Positions 31,522 to 40,821 of a stretch of 64,000 nt of DNA are shown here, in pieces. Numbering within the stretch: position 1 is the stretch's first letter; every line of letters starts with the position of its first letter. Source of the stretch: Escherichia phage vB_EcoM-ZQ3; sequence record MW630116.1, one strand, 5' to 3'. A program made the position numbers and the translations under genes. The notes below the pieces were generated by a model, which was not told the DNA's origin, did not search any database, and was given only the letters and a program-made list of their open reading frames with translations.

Positions 31522-31716
31522 ATGAGAGCTGAAGTTGAAGTTTATACATTACATGAGGCGGGATTTTCATTCGTAGAAATTGCTCAAAAAATCGGTTTAC
31601 AACCTAAAGAAGTTGGATTACTATGGACTAAAGCCGAGACAGCTCGGTCAAAGTTTAAAGCAAAAGAAAAAGTTGTATACCGTAAACGTTTTATTAACAA
31701 AAAGGTGAAGAAATGA
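31522..31716 (+). CDS. hypothetical protein (24.3 position)
   Basis: 64 aa from ATG 31522 (ORF-track start 31516 is TTG); possible HTH segment. Confidence 0.4.
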   Translation: MRAEVEVYTLHEAGFSFVEIAQKIGLQPKEVGLLWTKAETARSKFKAKEKVVYRKRFINKKVKK

Positions 31717-31964
31717 GTTTTGCACAGGAATTAAGAGAAAGGGCGCTGGCCACTAAAGCCAATTTGTTGAAAGATTTTATTACTAACTTCTCTGTGATGG
31801 CAGAGAAAGCCGCTGACAAAGGCCAGACACAATTTACATACTATCCGTCAAAGAATGATTTAACTATCACCGAGCAAATCGACCAGTGGTTCCGTGATAA
31901 CGGCTTTCAGTACAAAATTAATCACGACCAGCGTGATGGGCACTGGATAGAAATCAAGTTCTAG
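31713..31964 (+). CDS. hypothetical protein (24.2 position)
   Basis: 83 aa ORF. Confidence 0.4.
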   Translation: MSFAQELRERALATKANLLKDFITNFSVMAEKAADKGQTQFTYYPSKNDLTITEQIDQWFRDNGFQYKINHDQRDGHWIEIKF

Positions 31965-31966
31965 TA

Positions 31967-31991
31967 TGCTTTACATTTTTTGATGGTATAA
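31967..31991 (+). promoter_or_regulatory. candidate MotA-dependent middle promoter
   Basis: TGCTTTACA MotA-box-like, ~11-nt spacer, TGGTATAAT. Confidence 0.45.
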
Positions 31992-32083
31992 TGAATCTAG
32001 GTTCTATCCATTCAAATTAAACATTGGGCCGGAGATAGAGTCTCTGCTAATTATTTTGATATTATTATTTATAATGGTGATTT

Positions 32084-33082
32084 ATGTTTAAGAAATACAG
32101 CAGTCTTGAAAACCACTACAACTCTAAGTTTATTGAAAAACTCTACACTAATGGTTTGACTACTGGTGTTTGGGTAGCACGTGAGAAAATCCATGGGACT
32201 AACTTCTCGTTAATAATTGAACGTGACAACGTCACATGCGCCAAGCGCACAGGCCCTATTCTTCCAGCAGAAGATTTTTATGGTTATGAAGTCGTACTCA
32301 AGAAGTATGATAAAGCTATTAAAGCCGTTCAGGAATTAATGCACACAGTTCGAGCCGTATCATATCAAGTATTCGGTGAATTCGCTGGCGGTGGAATCCA
32401 GAAAGGTGTTGACTACGGTGAAAAAGATTTTTATGTGTTCGATATCCTTATCAATACAGAAAGTGGTGATAATACGTATTTGACCGATTACGAAATGCAA
32501 GATTTTTGTAATGAATTCGGTTTTAAAATGGCACCAATGCTTGGTCGTGGAACATTTGATTCTCTTATCATGATTCCAAATGACCTTGATTCCGTCTTAG
32601 CCGCTTATAATGCTACTGCGTCAGAAGACCTTGTAGAAGCAAATAATTGTGTATTTGATGCTAATGTTATTGGCGATAATACGGCAGAAGGTTATGTTCT
32701 GAAGCCTTGTTTCCCTAAATGGCTGCCAAACGGTACTCGTGTAGCTATTAAGTGCAAGAACTCTAAATTCAGTGAAAAGAAAAAGTCAGATAAGCCTATT
32801 AAAACTCAGGTTCCATTATCCGAAATTGACAAAAACTTGCTTGATGTTCTAGCTTGTTATGTTACATTAAATCGTGTTAATAATGTGATTTCTAAGATTG
32901 GGACTGTAACGCCAAAAGATTTTGGCAAAGTGATGGGATTGACTGTTCAAGATATTCTGGAAGAAACTTCTCGTGAAGGTATTGTATTAACATCATCTGA
33001 TAATCCGAATCTTGTTAAGAAAGAATTAGTCCGAATGGTGCAAGATGTTCTGCGTCCTGCATGGATTGAATTAGTATCATAA
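32084..33082 (+). CDS. rnlB: RNA ligase 2
   Basis: 332 aa (T4 Rnl2 334 aa); nucleotidyltransferase motif I KIHGTN. Confidence 0.85.
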   Translation: MFKKYSSLENHYNSKFIEKLYTNGLTTGVWVAREKIHGTNFSLIIERDNVTCAKRTGPILPAEDFYGYEVVLKKYDKAIKAVQELMHTVRAVSYQVFGEFAGGGIQKGVDYGEKDFYVFDILINTESGDNTYLTDYEMQDFCNEFGFKMAPMLGRGTFDSLIMIPNDLDSVLAAYNATASEDLVEANNCVFDANVIGDNTAEGYVLKPCFPKWLPNGTRVAIKCKNSKFSEKKKSDKPIKTQVPLSEIDKNLLDVLACYVTLNRVNNVISKIGTVTPKDFGKVMGLTVQDILEETSREGIVLTSSDNPNLVKKELVRMVQDVLRPAWIELVS

Positions 33083-33086
33083 CGAA

Positions 33087-33112
33087 AAAGGGACCTTACG
33101 GTCCCTTTGTTT
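33087..33112. terminator. bidirectional terminator between rnlB (+) and gene 24 (-)
   Basis: AAAGGGAC-CUUAC-GGUCCCUUU hairpin flanked by A-run and T-run. Confidence 0.7.
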
Positions 33113-34395
33113 TATTCATCAATAATAATTTTTGGTAGCTTAACACCTAATAAAACAGACAAATCTGAACGTCCTGCCATTTTATCCATGTCCCCACCAT
33201 CAATTACTCTCGCTTCTTTTTCATCTTTTGCTACTGTGTAAGGATTCGCAGATAAAGCATATCTAACCAATAATCCGATAGATGGTTGCAAGCTTTCTGG
33301 ATCAACTACGACTTTAAATGCACCGACATGTTCCGGGTCATCTAAATCTACTCCTTCAGTGTATGGAGCATAAAAGATGGACCCCACAATTTCTTTTTCG
33401 CCGATATTTTCTACAACACCCACAATAACATAATCTAACGGACTGTTGGTATCGCAGTAAAGAGGTAATCCATTTGCCAAGAATCCATAAGCATTTTGTG
33501 AAAGATACTTGTCATCTTCTGGCTTATGTTTTAACCAACCAGAAGCAGCAAGAATAGCAGCTGCACGAGCTGAGGCTACACAAAACGTTGCAGTATAAGT
33601 TGTCTCTTTTTGAATGTGTGATACCATTTCACACACCATTCGATATAATGAACGACCTGCTTCTGGAGCGGATGCATAGCTCAAGTCAATAAATCCGGTG
33701 TCAGTAATTCCAGTAACTTTATAACGTTTCGATACAGTAATTAAAGACTGAAGAATATCTTTATTAATTTCATCAGCCATTTCAGTAGCAAGCAAATCTT
33801 CTAAGAAGTTAGGGGCATCAAATCCATTCGCTTCCAAATCTTGCGCTAATTCAACCGTGAGGCCAGTTTTAAGTTTACGAGATTTGACTGAAGTTTGCCA
33901 TTTATTAATCTGGAATCTTGCATCAGAAATTTCGCTATCAGAGCTTTCAAATTTGCTTGTTACCGCTGCATCTGAAAATAACCGTACCTTTAAATGAACG
34001 ATTGCAATCTGAAGAGCTAATTCTAGATCACTTTCTTGAATATCTGCAAATGGTGTATCTTCTAACACTTTATAGACGATATTATTATATTTGAAAAAAT
34101 CGCCTTTATTTAGTGTGACTTTTGATTCTTCTGTGAGCTCAGTAATTTTTTCTCGGTCTACATATCCAACTTCGCCCGCATAAGTAGCACCAGTTTTAAA
34201 TGTGAATTCGTTATCTGGGTTAAGATATTTGATACCATAAAAAGCAGCAACAGGTTGATTAGTTCTTTGTGTTGCTACAATGTCAGAATATATTAATTTA
34301 GTCGTAGCGCGAGTCAAAGCAACGAGATTTGGGCGACCAATTGAGTTGCTAATAGACGTTGTAGATTCACGCAATAATTTTTGGATTTTACTCAT
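33112..34395 (-). CDS. 24: head vertex protein (gp24)
   Basis: 427 aa = T4 gp24 length; capsid-like fold paralogous to gp23. Confidence 0.88.
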   Translation of the reverse strand: MSKIQKLLRESTTSISNSIGRPNLVALTRATTKLIYSDIVATQRTNQPVAAFYGIKYLNPDNEFTFKTGATYAGEVGYVDREKITELTEESKVTLNKGDFFKYNNIVYKVLEDTPFADIQESDLELALQIAIVHLKVRLFSDAAVTSKFESSDSEISDARFQINKWQTSVKSRKLKTGLTVELAQDLEANGFDAPNFLEDLLATEMADEINKDILQSLITVSKRYKVTGITDTGFIDLSYASAPEAGRSLYRMVCEMVSHIQKETTYTATFCVASARAAAILAASGWLKHKPEDDKYLSQNAYGFLANGLPLYCDTNSPLDYVIVGVVENIGEKEIVGSIFYAPYTEGVDLDDPEHVGAFKVVVDPESLQPSIGLLVRYALSANPYTVAKDEKEARVIDGGDMDKMAGRSDLSVLLGVKLPKIIIDE

Positions 34396-34422
34396 TGCAT
34401 TTTTTCCTTATGTGATATAGAT

Positions 34423-34430
34423 TATTTATA
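34423..34430 (-). promoter_or_regulatory. late promoter
   Basis: TATAAATA on - strand 28 nt upstream of gene 24 ATG. Confidence 0.55.
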
Positions 34431-34436
34431 AAGATT

Positions 34437-34466
34437 GTTTACAACGTATTTGGTATGTGATACTAT
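34437..34466 (+). promoter_or_regulatory. T4-type early promoter
   Basis: GTTTACA, 18-nt spacer, TGTGATACTAT. Confidence 0.7.
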
Positions 34467-34496
34467 AGACTTATCAACTACAGAGGAGTAAACAAA

Positions 34497-34766
34497 ATGA
34501 CTAAAGCACGTTTCTTACGAGACACTTTAAAAGTTCTGGAAGCTGAAGCAGTTAAGTTGGTAGAAAAATATGGTGCAAAAGTTAATGGTAATGCCTTCAA
34601 CAAAGTATGGATGAAAGTTGATTCTGAAGCTCGAGCTAAAGGTTATTGGGCCACTGATAAACTTGCATCATTCAAAAACAAAGATGGTTCTCCTGCATAT
34701 GTCCAAGAAGGTATGCCTAATTGGCAAAATATTTTGAAAACTTACATCGAAATTGCGCAGAAATAA
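34497..34766 (+). CDS. hypothetical early protein embedded between late genes 24 and 23
   Basis: 89 aa ORF, SD GAGGAG; early promoter upstream, hairpin terminator downstream. Confidence 0.5.
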   Translation: MTKARFLRDTLKVLEAEAVKLVEKYGAKVNGNAFNKVWMKVDSEARAKGYWATDKLASFKNKDGSPAYVQEGMPNWQNILKTYIEIAQK

Positions 34767-34775
34767 AACCAAAAA

Positions 34776-34795
34776 TGGGAGACCGAAGTCTCCCA
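34776..34795. terminator. hairpin terminator (T-run on - strand; terminates gene 23 transcripts)
   Basis: UGGGAGAC-CGAA-GUCUCCCA; on - strand followed by TTTTTGGTTTT. Confidence 0.7.
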
Positions 34796-34818
34796 AAATA
34801 AGATTTAATCAATTAAGA

Positions 34819-36387
34819 TTAGATGCCTTTTACATATACACGGCGGAAGTAAGCGTTCTTACCAAGACTGTTCAGGATAGACGGCATACCGGACTGGATG
34901 CGAGCACCTGGAGCCTGCAGGGAACTTTCAGCAAACGGGTTAACACCGATACCGTAACGAGTTTTAAAGCCCATTACCGGCTGGAAGTTCTTAGGATCGG
35001 AACCACGCAGTGGGGTAAGTGCAACGTAAGGAGCATAGTAAATACCTGCATCCATTTCGTTAGCGCCTTTGTAACCAACGGTGAAGTAATCCTGTTTAGC
35101 ATACTGGTCGATGTATACGCGGTATTTACCACCAAGTACACCGGCAAATACAGACTTAGTAGTGTCGGTATTAAAACCAGAAGCCAGACCCTGTGCAGCG
35201 TAAGAAATACCAGTATCAACCGAAGCCAGTACGTTAACTACGTTACGGGAAGCGATAATGAAGTTACCTTCACCACGACCGGTTTGACGAGCAATTTCAA
35301 CTGCTTCTTTATCAATCTGGAACAACAGAGCTTTAAAGCTTTCACCGGCCCAACGAGCACCACGGATATCAATCGGGTCCTGGAAGTCAAATACACCAGC
35401 TTTAGAACCAACGATATTAGTCATACCAGATTTACCAACCTGAGCGGAGTAGTTAATCCAGTCAACAACTTCACGGTTGATTTCCAGCATAATTTCAGTA
35501 GCAAGAATACCGCTCAGTTCAGCATCAGCATCCATACCATGTACTGCACGGAGGTCTTGTGCCAATTCGATGGAGTAAGCTGCTTTCAACTGACGAGATT
35601 TAGCTTCAATAACTTGTTTGTCGATACGGAAGCCCATTTCGTTCCACGGGTTGTCGGTAGAACCATTGAAGCCTTCCTGAAGTTCAGCGATAGAAGTAGC
35701 CATACCTTCAGCGATTTCTACCAGTGCACCAGCTTCCATTTGTTTCTTAATTTCAGCATCTAATTTAGTTGCATCGGTAGCGCTAGCATCAATTGTTACT
35801 ACAGCGGAAGCTTGTAGATACACAGTACCGGTGTCCTGGAAGAAGTGAGTATAGATATCACCTACAACGGTTTGTGTGCTAGCAGCCAGAGCTGGGAATT
35901 TCTTAGCAGCACCCTGACCAGAGAACATCGCGTCTGGAGCATACATCGGATGGAAAGCTTCTTTAGCGTCAGCAGCGATAGGGTCTTTACCATATACTGC
36001 ACGGAGAGCAAATACCTGACCGGTAGGGCTGTTCATAGGCTGAACACCACAAATATCAAAAGCGATCAGATTAGGAATAGCACGACGAACCATACCCATA
36101 ACTGCCGGCCCAATTTGGGTTACTGCACCAGAGGTTTGACCTGCTGCGATGTTCTGAGCATTATAACCATGGTCCCCACCAATTTCAGCTTCGGTCAAGA
36201 AAGAACCAAATGCCTGAGCGATTTTCTCGTCTTTATATTCAGGGGATACTTCGAAATCTTTTTCCTGGTTTTCGAAGATTTTAGCGATAATAGCCTGCTT
36301 GCTATTAGCGATTTCCGGCAGGCCTTCACCTTCCAGCAGTTCTTTCCATTTGTCTACGAGCTGAGCTTTAGTTTTGATAGTAGTCAT
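34819..36387 (-). CDS. 23: major capsid protein (gp23)
   Basis: 522 aa (T4 gp23 521 aa); high-expression codon bias leaving long spurious antisense ORFs. Confidence 0.92.
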   Translation of the reverse strand: MTTIKTKAQLVDKWKELLEGEGLPEIANSKQAIIAKIFENQEKDFEVSPEYKDEKIAQAFGSFLTEAEIGGDHGYNAQNIAAGQTSGAVTQIGPAVMGMVRRAIPNLIAFDICGVQPMNSPTGQVFALRAVYGKDPIAADAKEAFHPMYAPDAMFSGQGAAKKFPALAASTQTVVGDIYTHFFQDTGTVYLQASAVVTIDASATDATKLDAEIKKQMEAGALVEIAEGMATSIAELQEGFNGSTDNPWNEMGFRIDKQVIEAKSRQLKAAYSIELAQDLRAVHGMDADAELSGILATEIMLEINREVVDWINYSAQVGKSGMTNIVGSKAGVFDFQDPIDIRGARWAGESFKALLFQIDKEAVEIARQTGRGEGNFIIASRNVVNVLASVDTGISYAAQGLASGFNTDTTKSVFAGVLGGKYRVYIDQYAKQDYFTVGYKGANEMDAGIYYAPYVALTPLRGSDPKNFQPVMGFKTRYGIGVNPFAESSLQAPGARIQSGMPSILNSLGKNAYFRRVYVKGI

Positions 36388-36404
36388 TTGTGTTAACCTT
36401 TAAA

Positions 36405-37217
36405 TTAGAAACGAGATGCGACTTTCGCATATAAACTTACATTAGAATTCTGTTCTACCTGAGTTGTGGTAGTGTCAACTGCTTCGGCAACAAAATTAAG
36501 ACCGGCAGCGTCATTGTCAACTGTATTTATATTTTCGGTAATAGCGGCTTCTTCTTTAGTAGAACCTTTAACCATTTCTACAATAGCAGTTAACTTAGTA
36601 CCAAATGCGTCAGAATAATCCATACCTTCAACCAGGCCAATAACTTTTTCTTTCTGAGATTCAGTCAGGTCTTTTACGCTTTCATTAATAGCGGTTTCAC
36701 GCTGAACGTAATTGATATATGCATCACGTTTGGTAACTTCTTCGAACAAACGAGCGGTTTCTTCTTTATGTTCGGCCAGCTCTTCTTCCATTTCTGCTAC
36801 AACATCTACAGATTCTTCTGGAACAACAACGTTATGTTCAACAAACAGTTCTTTCAGACCACCAAGCATGGATTCGAACAAATCAGCTTTAATGCCTTTA
36901 TCAACTGCGATTTGGTTTTCTGCGAGCCATTCTTTTGCAAGATGGTCTAGGAATTTAGAAGCTTGTTCAGCCAATTTTTTATCAGCTTTCTCTTCAGCAT
37001 CTTCTTTGGCCTTTTCAACTTCTTCTTCGGCCTTTTCGGCGATGGCTTTGATATGAGATTCAGCCAGTTTGACTGCTTCCTGCTTAACGGTGGCTTCGAA
37101 TACAGTGCTGAAATTAGCTTTAACGTCCGGAGACAGTTCTACTGATTCGAAAACACTATTAAGAGCAACTGAAGTCTCGATGTTTTGAGCTTCTTTCAAA
37201 AGTTGTTCTTTGATCAT
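36405..37217 (-). CDS. 22: prohead core scaffold protein (gp22)
   Basis: 270 aa (T4 gp22 269 aa); Ala/Glu/Lys-rich coiled-coil composition. Confidence 0.85.
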   Translation of the reverse strand: MIKEQLLKEAQNIETSVALNSVFESVELSPDVKANFSTVFEATVKQEAVKLAESHIKAIAEKAEEEVEKAKEDAEEKADKKLAEQASKFLDHLAKEWLAENQIAVDKGIKADLFESMLGGLKELFVEHNVVVPEESVDVVAEMEEELAEHKEETARLFEEVTKRDAYINYVQRETAINESVKDLTESQKEKVIGLVEGMDYSDAFGTKLTAIVEMVKGSTKEEAAITENINTVDNDAAGLNFVAEAVDTTTTQVEQNSNVSLYAKVASRF

Positions 37218-37247
37218 TTTAGTGTCCTGTGGTTTAGATTACATTAT

Positions 37248-37255
37248 TATTTATA
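37248..37255 (-). promoter_or_regulatory. late promoter
   Basis: TATAAATA on - strand ~31 nt upstream of gene 22, overlapping gene 21 stop. Confidence 0.5.
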
Positions 37256-37898
37256 ATGCTTTTAAACTCTCTGCGAGAGCTTTAAATGCTTCATCAGCAC
37301 TGTTTTTGGTGGTTTCCACCGAATTTTCTGATTCTGATTCTGATATTTGTTTAGGAGTAACCCAAGCATCTGGAGCAGAAGGTCCCCATACGGCATCTAC
37401 GCCGACGGTTAATTTAAATCCTTCGTTCACGATACGGTACCCTTTATTGGTGTCGGTTAAAGAACCAAGACCACGAGAGGAAACACCTGGAATCCAACCA
37501 GCTCGTATATTAGCAGCTAATTTATCACCGGGACCATGGTCGCCTTCAATAATTCTAGCACGTCCATATACATCGTTTCCTTTCCACCACATATCTTCAA
37601 TAATGATAGCGGCTTGCATGGGGTCAACATTTGCACGAGGTGGATGGTTTAATTCTCCAAGGGCTTGTTTGGTTTCGACTTGTTCTTTAATATAGTCACT
37701 TACTGCTTTTTCCAAAACGCGTTTAGGATATAAACGTTTATTTCGGTTAACAACCTCTGCCTGAAGAAAAATACCTTCTATATAAAGCCCTGGTTTTAAG
37801 CCAGAATCTTTTCCATCATGAGATTCCAACATTGGAACGCCATCAATAATCTCACCGGGTTGACCCCAAGTTTCAATAAGTAACTCGGGTTTATTCAT
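37251..37898 (-). CDS. 21: prohead protease (gp21)
   Basis: 215 aa (T4 gp21 212 aa); synteny 20-67-68-21-22-23. Confidence 0.85.
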   Translation of the reverse strand: MNKPELLIETWGQPGEIIDGVPMLESHDGKDSGLKPGLYIEGIFLQAEVVNRNKRLYPKRVLEKAVSDYIKEQVETKQALGELNHPPRANVDPMQAAIIIEDMWWKGNDVYGRARIIEGDHGPGDKLAANIRAGWIPGVSSRGLGSLTDTNKGYRIVNEGFKLTVGVDAVWGPSAPDAWVTPKQISESESENSVETTKNSADEAFKALAESLKAL

Positions 37899-38323
37899 TA
37901 GCTTAATCCTAATGCTTTACGACGTTTAAGAGCTTTTTTACGCTTACGCAAGCCTTTAACTTGGCCTGAAGGGTTAGCTTTTTTAGCTTTAACGACCTTA
38001 CGAGCGATTTGTCTACGTTTTGCTTTAGAAAGACCAGTTGTTTGGAACGCGTTACGTTCACGAGTTTTACGGTCTTTAGTGCGGGTGACTTCACCACGAG
38101 AAGAAACATGTTTAACGATAAACTCATTTAACTGCTCTTCATTAATAATGGAAGCCATTGCAACAGCTAAATCCGTTTCAGTTTCAAGCATGTTCTCGAT
38201 AATAGTATTTATATCGTCAATATCGAGAGCGGAAGACAATGCATCGATTCGGCCCTGTGCTTCAGGAATAAGTGCTTCGACATTTTCGAGTACCAATTCA
38301 TAAGATTCAGGGATAAGATACAT
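37898..38323 (-). CDS. 68: prohead core protein (gp68)
   Basis: 141 aa = T4 gp68 length; basic C-terminus. Confidence 0.8.
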   Translation of the reverse strand: MYLIPESYELVLENVEALIPEAQGRIDALSSALDIDDINTIIENMLETETDLAVAMASIINEEQLNEFIVKHVSSRGEVTRTKDRKTRERNAFQTTGLSKAKRRQIARKVVKAKKANPSGQVKGLRKRKKALKRRKALGLS

Positions 38324-38562
38324 TATTCATCGTCCTCATCATCTTCGTCTTCGTCGTCATCGCCTTCATCAGCATTGTCTTCCGAAGCTTTAGCTTTCTT
38401 TTCTTCTTCTTCAGGTTCTTCGCCTTCAATCAAAAATTGAGAAGCGATTTCTGCTTTGCGTGCTTCAATCAAACGAACCGTTTTTTCTGCCATTGCACTT
38501 TCAAAAAACTTTCGAGTAGCAACGAGGTCGTTTGATTTAATAGCTTGAATTAAATCGTCCAT
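38323..38562 (-). CDS. 67: prohead core protein (gp67)
   Basis: 79 aa (T4 gp67 80 aa); poly-acidic C-terminus. Confidence 0.8.
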   Translation of the reverse strand: MDDLIQAIKSNDLVATRKFFESAMAEKTVRLIEARKAEIASQFLIEGEEPEEEEKKAKASEDNADEGDDDEDEDDEDDE

Positions 38563-40133
38563 TAAAAATCCTCTTGTTCTTGGTCGGGGTCTTGGAAACG
38601 AGCCTCTTTCGACTCTTCTTCAATTTGCTTAGCCTCTTGTTCAATTTCCTCGTCAGACATCTGAAGAATATCTTTCATAGCTGTTCTGTGAGAAATATAT
38701 TTACCAATAAATGGTTCGGCCATCTGAAGCATATTAATGCGACGCTCCAGAATCTCAGCATCCTTTAATTCCGAGAAATAACTATCCCGATGAAATTTTA
38801 TCTTAATATTATTTATTTCATCATTCCACTCATCTTCTGTAATAATTCCTTTAAGAATTAAATTAGTTTTAAGCGGGTCTAGGAATATCTCTTCAAATTT
38901 ATGTTGCAGCTCACGAATAAATTTACCAAATGACAATTCATCTCGTGTAATAGAAGTACCAGCATCAAACTGTATACCACCTTGGTCACTTGGAATACGG
39001 GTAATAGGAATACGTAAAGCCATATAAAGCGCATTACGGAACCAACGTACATCTTCCATATTTCCAGTATTATCTGCACCTGGTAATGTGTCAACTTCTG
39101 TTACTGCTTTACCATCACGTCGTTGTAACCAATAATCTTCGGTCATCGACATAATATGCTGCTGGTTTTTAATCTTGCCTGTAGTAGCATCATATGCAAT
39201 ACGGTTTTTCATCGTATTCATAACATGTTGCATATGTTCTGCTGCTTTTCTTGAAGGCATATTACCTGTATCAACGTACCATACACGACGATCGGGAGCA
39301 CGAGTAATACGATAAATTACGACGGCATCTTCAAGAAGTTTTAATTGGTTCGCTGGCTTAATAGCCCGATGCAAATAACCGATGATATTTTTACCACAGC
39401 AATCAACTAAACCAGAATGGGCATAAACAATCGCGGCTTTAGGGATTTTTATTTTTGTGCCAGCTTCATATATGCGACCATCACAAGCATAAGATTCGTG
39501 TGACGTGTCATAAATGAAATATTCTTTATAACCCTTGACTATTTTAACACCGGCTTCAGTGGTTGTAATAACTTCACGGACATATTGAACTTGACGTGGG
39601 TCTAAACGACGAAGCTCTTTAATACCTTCTTTAGGGCGTTTAGGGTCAATAATTTTATGGAAGAAAATTCGAGAATCCACATACCAACGTCTAAAATGAT
39701 CTGAACCTTTACGTTGGAAAGATAAATGATTTAACACTTCATTAAATTCATCCAACATCATTGATTTGATATTTGGACTAAATTTTGTGTTGTCTAAATT
39801 TATAGAAACGACTTCTGTATCATCTTCATACACGATAGCATCGGAAACTATTTCAGAGACCGCGTTATCCACTTCATAGTTCGTCATCAAATTTCGATAC
39901 GTATCGATTAATTCACGGGTTGATTTGAGCCCTGGTTCTTGACTACCGAACATTCTCTGAAACATAGCATTATATGTTTGCTGTGCTTCATTTTCAGATA
40001 CTTCGTATTCTTTAGCGCCGTCGTCTAATTTTGGTGTGGTGATAGATTCTAAATTTTCTTTTTCTTGGTCTTTGTAATCACGTTCGTCCATTTTTGCCCA
40101 TGGAGCAAACAAACTTAAGATATTAAATTTCAT
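38562..40133 (-). CDS. 20: portal vertex protein (gp20)
   Basis: 523 aa (T4 gp20 524 aa). Confidence 0.9.
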   Translation of the reverse strand: MKFNILSLFAPWAKMDERDYKDQEKENLESITTPKLDDGAKEYEVSENEAQQTYNAMFQRMFGSQEPGLKSTRELIDTYRNLMTNYEVDNAVSEIVSDAIVYEDDTEVVSINLDNTKFSPNIKSMMLDEFNEVLNHLSFQRKGSDHFRRWYVDSRIFFHKIIDPKRPKEGIKELRRLDPRQVQYVREVITTTEAGVKIVKGYKEYFIYDTSHESYACDGRIYEAGTKIKIPKAAIVYAHSGLVDCCGKNIIGYLHRAIKPANQLKLLEDAVVIYRITRAPDRRVWYVDTGNMPSRKAAEHMQHVMNTMKNRIAYDATTGKIKNQQHIMSMTEDYWLQRRDGKAVTEVDTLPGADNTGNMEDVRWFRNALYMALRIPITRIPSDQGGIQFDAGTSITRDELSFGKFIRELQHKFEEIFLDPLKTNLILKGIITEDEWNDEINNIKIKFHRDSYFSELKDAEILERRINMLQMAEPFIGKYISHRTAMKDILQMSDEEIEQEAKQIEEESKEARFQDPDQEQEDF

Positions 40134-40161
40134 TGTATTCTCCGAATGGGAATTATAGTTA

Positions 40162-40169
40162 TATTTATA
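40162..40169 (-). promoter_or_regulatory. late promoter
   Basis: TATAAATA on - strand 29 nt upstream of gene 20 ATG. Confidence 0.55.
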
Positions 40170-40217
40170 TGGACTTCTCCGTCATCACGGGAAGCTGGGG
40201 ATTTCTCCCCAACCAGA

Positions 40218-40709
40218 TTATTCCCACCAATCAAGAGCAAGAGTTACTTCGAACGTTTCAATCTCGTTATTGCTGTCCCAGTCAAGAGATACTTCACCAA
40301 CGTTAGTAGGCCACAAGCCAACAATTTCAACTTCTTTAGTGACCGTTTTAGCATCACGAGCAAATTGACGAACGATAGCAGTCTTTTTATATTCAGCAGG
40401 TTTACCACCGGTAATTTCATTACCTTGTCCTGCTGCAATACCTTGCCAATCAACAAATTTCTGACGAATGCTATGAGCATCATCGTTCATTACTGTAATA
40501 GTCCAATCATCGAATGTACGATCACCAGCCACGTTAATTTTACGGTTCATATAAGAAACAGGAACCTTTTCAACGATCGCAGCAGGAAGAGCCGTAGCAC
40601 GACACTGGAAGCTAAAGTTTTGCCCAAGATAAGAGATTTCTACTTCGAACAGGTTAGGGCGAGCGAAATCACCAGATTCGAAGGCACGAGTTACGTCATC
40701 TACAAACAT
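40218..40709 (-). CDS. 19: tail tube protein (gp19)
   Basis: 163 aa = T4 gp19 length. Confidence 0.88.
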   Translation of the reverse strand: MFVDDVTRAFESGDFARPNLFEVEISYLGQNFSFQCRATALPAAIVEKVPVSYMNRKINVAGDRTFDDWTITVMNDDAHSIRQKFVDWQGIAAGQGNEITGGKPAEYKKTAIVRQFARDAKTVTKEVEIVGLWPTNVGEVSLDWDSNNEIETFEVTLALDWWE

Positions 40710-40821
40710 ATTAGCCTCTGTAGTAATATGGGCTTAGGATTAACCGGATGCCCATAGAATTAATTTTTAAACGATATAGTATATTTATATGGGCTACCGA
40801 AATAGCCCATCAGACGTCTTA

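Noticed and set aside
34753-35763. 336-aa + strand ORF
   Set aside because: Entirely antisense to the major capsid gene 23; no promoter or SD; biased codon usage of gene 23 leaves its antisense frame open
36712-37056. 114-aa + strand ORF with Ser/Ala-rich low-complexity translation
   Set aside because: Antisense to scaffold gene 22, whose repetitive coiled-coil coding sequence gives a stop-free complement
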